From NCBI GenBank assembly GCA_051747805.1, contig JBNJGP010000062.1:4899-15706 (forward strand): DNA of 10,808 bases. Reading direction: 5' to 3'. The notes beneath the pieces are model-generated. The model did not search any database and was not told the origin of the DNA. It saw nothing but the letters and a program-made list of their open reading frames with translations. Position numbers and translations under genes: made by a program. Shown piece after piece: positions 6,641-10,808 of this stretch; within the stretch, counting starts at the first letter, position 1; every line of letters starts with the position of its first letter. Source of the DNA: Candidatus Muiribacteriota bacterium (GTDB taxonomy: Bacteria > Muiribacteriota > Muiribacteriia > Muiribacteriales > Muiribacteriaceae).

Positions 6641-7979
6641 AAGAAGCTCTCCATAAGTTATAAGTTTTTTCATTTAATTTCTCATTATAATTATACCTGT
6701 TTTTATCATTAATTTCAATAAATTCAAAAAAATTATCTACTTTATCAAAACCTTTTTTAATTGCTTTTTTTTTATAAATGTTATAACTGAGTTTTCTTGC
6801 TTTATCCCGTCGAGGATGTATTTTAAGAATTTTAAAAGGAGATAGGCTGAAAACCAGGCTTAAAACTTCTTTATCAAAATAAGGATAAACCGGGTAAATA
6901 TTTTTTTCTGTAAAAAACATCCATATCATTTCAAGAGAATAAATATGAAAAGAATCATATAAAAGTTCGTATATTCTTTTTTTTAAAAAACTTTTTTTAA
7001 AAGTTTTAAGAGTTGGTTTTTTTAAAAAGTCTTTAAAAAATCTTCTATATTTAATAATATTCAATAAATTAAAATAAAGCATATAATCAAAATATAATGC
7101 TTCAAAAAAATCAACTCCATGTATTTCATCGCCCCCGAACCCAAGAATGATTTTTTTAATATTCATATTTTCTGCTTTTTCAAGTAAAGGTGTGAAAATA
7201 TAGGTCGATGTAGAAAAAAAATAATCAATGGAATTAAAGTTTTTATTTTTTAAAGCATTTTCGATTTTTTTAAAATCATGAGGATAAAAATTTTTATTTT
7301 TTATTCTATTTTCGATTAAATTTAGGCTTTCTTCGTCAAAAATAATAGAAAGAGCTGCGATTTTTTTGTTTAAAGAACGGCTTAGTTTGTATAAAAGTCC
7401 CGAGTCCAGGCCCTCGCTTAGAAACAGGGCTGAATTATTAATTCTTTTTGAAACAGCTTTTTTCAGTCTTTTTTTATATGATTTCTGGGTTTTAATTTTA
7501 AAGCAGAAAATAAGTTGATGAAAATGACCATCGTCAATATTTGCATAACCACCTGGAATAAACCTTTTTATATTTTTATAAAGAGTTTTTCTGGGATTTA
7601 TTTTTTCGTAATTTATAATCTTTTTTATAAATTCTTCTCTTTGAGGAATAAGTGTGTTAAACTCAGAGAACCTGTCGGCAACTAAAAAAGTATTATCAAT
7701 TTTAGTATAATATAAAGGTACTGTGCCTGGAAAACAGCGGGTGATATAAATGTTTTGTTTATATTTTATTATTCCAGCGTATTCTCCGTCAATTTTATTA
7801 ATAAAAGAATGAATATTTGAAATCTTTTTTTCAGGATTTTTAAAAATTATTCCCCAGTAATAAAAGGTGTAATTTTCACCTTTTATTTTCTTTAAAAATG
7901 TAGAAGATAAAATTTTAATATTTTTATTTTTTTTTGAAAAAGATAATAGTGCCATATTTTCCGGGCTCCACTTCAGCAT
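6621..7979 (-). CDS. Lasso peptide cyclase (isopeptide-bond-forming C protein, asparagine-synthetase-like); the start may be the in-frame ATG at 7955
   Basis: Degenerate Ntn-like N-terminus (IDGEYA, PLYY) with no N-terminal catalytic Cys. PP-loop FLSEGLDS (SGGLDS variant), LGFGGDEI and YPYFDKEV. Flanked by the B2 peptidase and the precursor. Confidence 0.85.
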   Translation of the reverse strand: MLKWSPENMALLSFSKKNKNIKILSSTFLKKIKGENYTFYYWGIIFKNPEKKISNIHSFINKIDGEYAGIIKYKQNIYITRCFPGTVPLYYTKIDNTFLVADRFSEFNTLIPQREEFIKKIINYEKINPRKTLYKNIKRFIPGGYANIDDGHFHQLIFCFKIKTQKSYKKRLKKAVSKRINNSALFLSEGLDSGLLYKLSRSLNKKIAALSIIFDEESLNLIENRIKNKNFYPHDFKKIENALKNKNFNSIDYFFSTSTYIFTPLLEKAENMNIKKIILGFGGDEIHGVDFFEALYFDYMLYFNLLNIIKYRRFFKDFLKKPTLKTFKKSFLKKRIYELLYDSFHIYSLEMIWMFFTEKNIYPVYPYFDKEVLSLVFSLSPFKILKIHPRRDKARKLSYNIYKKKAIKKGFDKVDNFFEFIEINDKNRYNYNEKLNEKTYNLWRASFEKRKL

Positions 7980-8256
7980 GAAAATAGTGTTTATTTTTAA
8001 TTTTTTTCACAAAGATTACAATTCTTGATTTTATATTCATATTTGAAAGAATGACAAATTTTGCCATTGAATTTCTAAGACAGTTTTTTTTCTGTAAGCG
8101 TAAAACAAATCCTGAATATTTTCTGAATTTTTTTAAAGAGCTGTATTTGGAAATTTTTTTCATGAACTTTAAAGTTTTCTGAAAGTTAAATAAAAATAAA
8201 AAGTTAAAAATGGAGTATAGAATTAAATGAATAAAATAAATAAAAAAGCTTCTCAT
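7924..8256 (-). CDS. Lasso peptide leader peptidase (B2 protein, transglutaminase-like Transglut_core3)
   Basis: NCLRNSMAKFVIL...IVIFVKK....FHAEVE matches the CLxxS...L...HAW(V/L)E pattern of lasso B2 proteases, with catalytic Cys and His present. Its ATG overlaps the HDOD stop (ATGA). Confidence 0.8.
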   Translation of the reverse strand: MRSFFIYFIHLILYSIFNFLFLFNFQKTLKFMKKISKYSSLKKFRKYSGFVLRLQKKNCLRNSMAKFVILSNMNIKSRIVIFVKKIKNKHYFHAEVEPGKYGTIIFFKKK

Positions 8257-9161
8257 TTTGAAGAAATAATTAATGAAAAAAGTTCATCAACTTCGGGTTT
8301 TAATTTTTTTATTTTTTCCTGCATTTCCTTACCCTCTATTTTTGATTTATCTATATAATTCCATATATTAGGAGATATTTCTGCAGAGTTACAGAAATCT
8401 TTATTTCCGATATCTGCAATTTTAACTAATGAGTTAGATATATTAGTAATTGCTATAGGAAAGGAACTTTCACCAAATTTATTAACACCTGATGGGGGAT
8501 TATGATGATTGCTTATTACATCCCTGATTCTTTTTGGTATATTCCATTTGTTAGCCAGCCAGCTACCAATGTCTGTGTGAGAAAAATTAAAATTTTCTGT
8601 TTCTGATTGATAAAAAGAATAACTTCTTTGAACCATATCATTTTTTAAAAAAGAGTAAATTTCCGGAAAATAAGATAAATAAACGACTTTACCAAGGTCA
8701 TGTAAAATACCGCAAATCCATAGTTCTTCATTATTTTCAAACTCAAGAATTTCGGCTACAATCATATTTGTAAAAGCTACTCCGATTGAATGAGACCATA
8801 AATCCTGAAATGAACTTACAAATTCATCAACAGGGGAGAAGGCTTTAATTACAGATATACCAAGAAGAATATTTCTAACCTGTTTTATGCCAAGTCGCAT
8901 AATAGCTTTTTTAATAGTGTTTATTTCTGAGGCACCAGAATAGAAGGCTGAATTTGCGATTCTTAAAATTTTAACAGTAATTGCCGGGTCTTTTTCAATC
9001 AATCCTGTAACCTGTTCTATGTCAAAATCGGGATTATTGGTTTTATATATAAGATTCTGAGTAATTACAGGAAGTGTTGGAAGGTCATCAATTTGCTCGA
9101 GATGTTTAATCAAGTCAAAATATTTTACATCTTCTACAGGTTTATTATTATTTAAATTCAT
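8253..9161 (-). CDS. HDOD-domain protein (HD superfamily, putative signalling)
   Basis: LPTLP, IEKDPAITVKILRIANSAFY, AIMRLG, LWSHS, GILHDLGK and FSHTDIGSWLANKWNIP...ISNHH. SD AGGA (9172-9169) lies 7 nt before the ATG. Confidence 0.93.
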   Translation of the reverse strand: MNLNNNKPVEDVKYFDLIKHLEQIDDLPTLPVITQNLIYKTNNPDFDIEQVTGLIEKDPAITVKILRIANSAFYSGASEINTIKKAIMRLGIKQVRNILLGISVIKAFSPVDEFVSSFQDLWSHSIGVAFTNMIVAEILEFENNEELWICGILHDLGKVVYLSYFPEIYSFLKNDMVQRSYSFYQSETENFNFSHTDIGSWLANKWNIPKRIRDVISNHHNPPSGVNKFGESSFPIAITNISNSLVKIADIGNKDFCNSAEISPNIWNYIDKSKIEGKEMQEKIKKLKPEVDELFSLIISSK

Positions 9162-9178
9162 TAAAAAATCCTGAAGTT

Positions 9179-9255
<77 letters not shown>

Positions 9256-9274
9256 TTTTGATGTTATTATATAC

Positions 9275-9303
9275 ATTCTACACCCGGTCAGGGTTTATGT
9301 CAA
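9275..9303 (-). promoter_or_regulatory. Near-consensus sigma70 promoter for tRNA-fMet, embedded in the 3' end of the MATE gene
   Basis: On the - strand: TTGACA (9303-9298)-17 bp-TAGAAT (9280-9275), 19 nt upstream of the mature tRNA 5' end. Confidence 0.8.
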
Positions 9304-10636
9304 ATCTGAACTTATAGGTTTTATAAAAAAACGCTGCTCCAATACATAAGCCTTTTAAAAGAGTTGAAATTGAAATTGCCCACCACAAACCGACTACCCC
9401 CATATTAAGTTTAAAGGCCAGAAAATATCCAAACACAATTCTTGATAACGTTAGAGGTATAGAAATAATCATAGGGTAATAAGTTTTTCCCAGGCCGGTG
9501 AATCCGCCTTCGTAAACAATTTCCCAGCCCATGAATATTTCAAAGTATCCGATGATTCTAAGATAAACTGCGCCTTCCTGTATGACTTCGGGGGATGAAA
9601 CAATTAACCGGAGAAGTTGTTGAGGGAAAAACACAAAAAGTATGCTTGTAATTCCAAGAAAAATAGAGGTATAAATTTGAGTTATATTAACTGATTTCCA
9701 TATTTTTGAATAATTTTTTGCACCATAATGCTGGCCAGAGAGGGTAGAGGCAGAGACGGCAAAACCAATTGCAACAAAATATGCTACACCTTCAATTTTA
9801 TGACACACATTTAAAGCTCCTAAAGCGTCAACATTGCCAAGTCTTGTTATAAAAACTGTTAAAACAGGATATACCATGGCAAATATCCAATGTATAAAGG
9901 CTACTGGAGCACCTACTTTAAGAATTTTTGTAAAGTGGTAAAATTTCAAAGCGTATTTATAGAAATTAAATTCAAATAAATTTAATTTTACAAGTAGTGC
10001 AAAACCTAATATTATTCCGAGTACTCTTGCTAGTATAGTTGCCCAGGCGGCACCTGCTATTCCCATTTGGCCAAAAGGTCCCCAGCCCAGTATGAAAAGG
10101 GGATCAAAAATACCGTTAGCAAGAAGCATTGTAAACTGAAGATACATTGCAAACTTTGCAAATCCATGGGCGTTTAATATGATTGTTATTAAAGTATATA
10201 AAAATAAAAATATAAAACCTAGATTTACTACACTGAAATAGGCGCCGGCATCTTTCAGGATAATTCCCTCAAGTCCTATTGCGCTGAATAGGGGCATATG
10301 GGTAACATGCATTATTGAAGTTATTAAAATTGAAAGACAGGAGGCCATTATTAATCCTTCCCACGTTACTGTGAGATAACCTTTTTTATCCTGGGCTCCT
10401 GAATACCGTGCAACATAAGAGTTCACTCCTGCTGTAATCACATGCATTATTGAGTAAAGTGACCATGTTATAAAAGAGGCTGCTCCCAGCGAGGCAAATA
10501 CTTCGGGATATTCGAGTTTATCCAGCCAGAATAAATCAACTATTTCATATGCGACTATAAATAGATGTGATAAAATTGCCGGGAAGGCAATTCTTAAAAC
10601 AGCTTTGCTTATGTTCATCTGAGTGATTTTTTCCAT
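9278..10636 (-). CDS. MATE family efflux transporter
   Basis: 452 aa with two similar hydrophobic halves. Motifs include IAFPAIL...YEIVD, VARYSGAQD, NGIFDPLFILG....MGIAGAAWAT, ILKVGAP, GQHYGAKN and MGVVGLWWA. Confidence 0.93.
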   Translation of the reverse strand: MEKITQMNISKAVLRIAFPAILSHLFIVAYEIVDLFWLDKLEYPEVFASLGAASFITWSLYSIMHVITAGVNSYVARYSGAQDKKGYLTVTWEGLIMASCLSILITSIMHVTHMPLFSAIGLEGIILKDAGAYFSVVNLGFIFLFLYTLITIILNAHGFAKFAMYLQFTMLLANGIFDPLFILGWGPFGQMGIAGAAWATILARVLGIILGFALLVKLNLFEFNFYKYALKFYHFTKILKVGAPVAFIHWIFAMVYPVLTVFITRLGNVDALGALNVCHKIEGVAYFVAIGFAVSASTLSGQHYGAKNYSKIWKSVNITQIYTSIFLGITSILFVFFPQQLLRLIVSSPEVIQEGAVYLRIIGYFEIFMGWEIVYEGGFTGLGKTYYPMIISIPLTLSRIVFGYFLAFKLNMGVVGLWWAISISTLLKGLCIGAAFFYKTYKFRFDINPDRV

Positions 10637-10639
10637 GAC

Positions 10640-10687
10640 TGAAATAATATAGTATTATATTGAAATAATCAATTTGTCTATGACAAA
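10640..10687. promoter_or_regulatory. Candidate MATE promoter/operator region
   Basis: Inverted repeat TTTGTC-N3-GACAAA (10673-10687) overlaps a -35-like TAGACA on the - strand, with TATAAT 15 bp downstream. Direct repeat TGAAATAAT occurs at 10640 and 10661. Confidence 0.35.
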
Positions 10688-10763
10688 AAAGTAAATGGTC
10701 TGCGACCAAGTAATGCTGAATAAATTCAGCAGTCTAAAACAACACTCGTTTTACCGAAGGTCG

Positions 10764-10808
10764 AGTAAAGTCGATGTCATCGACAGTAAAGTCAGCTAAA
10801 GCTGACAG
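10764..10808. repeat. Tandem short palindromes separated by AGTAAA; cut by the right edge of the window
   Basis: AGTAAA-GTCGATG-T-CATCGAC (10764-10784), then AGTAAA-GTCAGCT-AA-AGCTGAC (10785-10806), then AG at the window end. Confidence 0.6.

Noticed and set aside
6621..7979. Housekeeping asparagine synthetase AsnB
   Set aside because: Lacks the N-terminal catalytic Cys of the glutaminase domain and sits between a B2 peptidase and a lasso precursor.

Overview
AT-rich bacterial window. The + strand carries a family-5 (peptide-type) ABC substrate-binding lipoprotein and a glutamine-dependent NAD+ synthetase (nadE). These are preceded by a purine-rich repeat tract and a REP-like palindrome. The - strand carries a MATE transporter, an initiator tRNA-Met with a near-consensus sigma70 promoter, an HDOD protein, and then a tightly overlapping, very AT-rich lasso-peptide gene cluster. 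The cluster comprises a B2-type leader peptidase, an asparagine-synthetase-like lasso cyclase, a 48-aa precursor missed by the ORF track (6494..6640; leader ...YKKPEMKCLGKVQHLTG, core SGDRGTQDALYGRYRPGQSPE), a 44-aa ORF that may be the frameshifted N-terminus of the next gene, an HPr-kinase-like kinase, an unknown polytopic membrane protein and an NTP_transf_5-type nucleotidyltransferase. Gene content resembles paeninodin/pseudomycoidin-type (phosphorylated) lasso clusters. It differs in that the core does not end in Ser, no RRE/B1 gene or ABC exporter is visible, and the enzymes are short and divergent. All family assignments come from motif recognition by eye; no searches were run.
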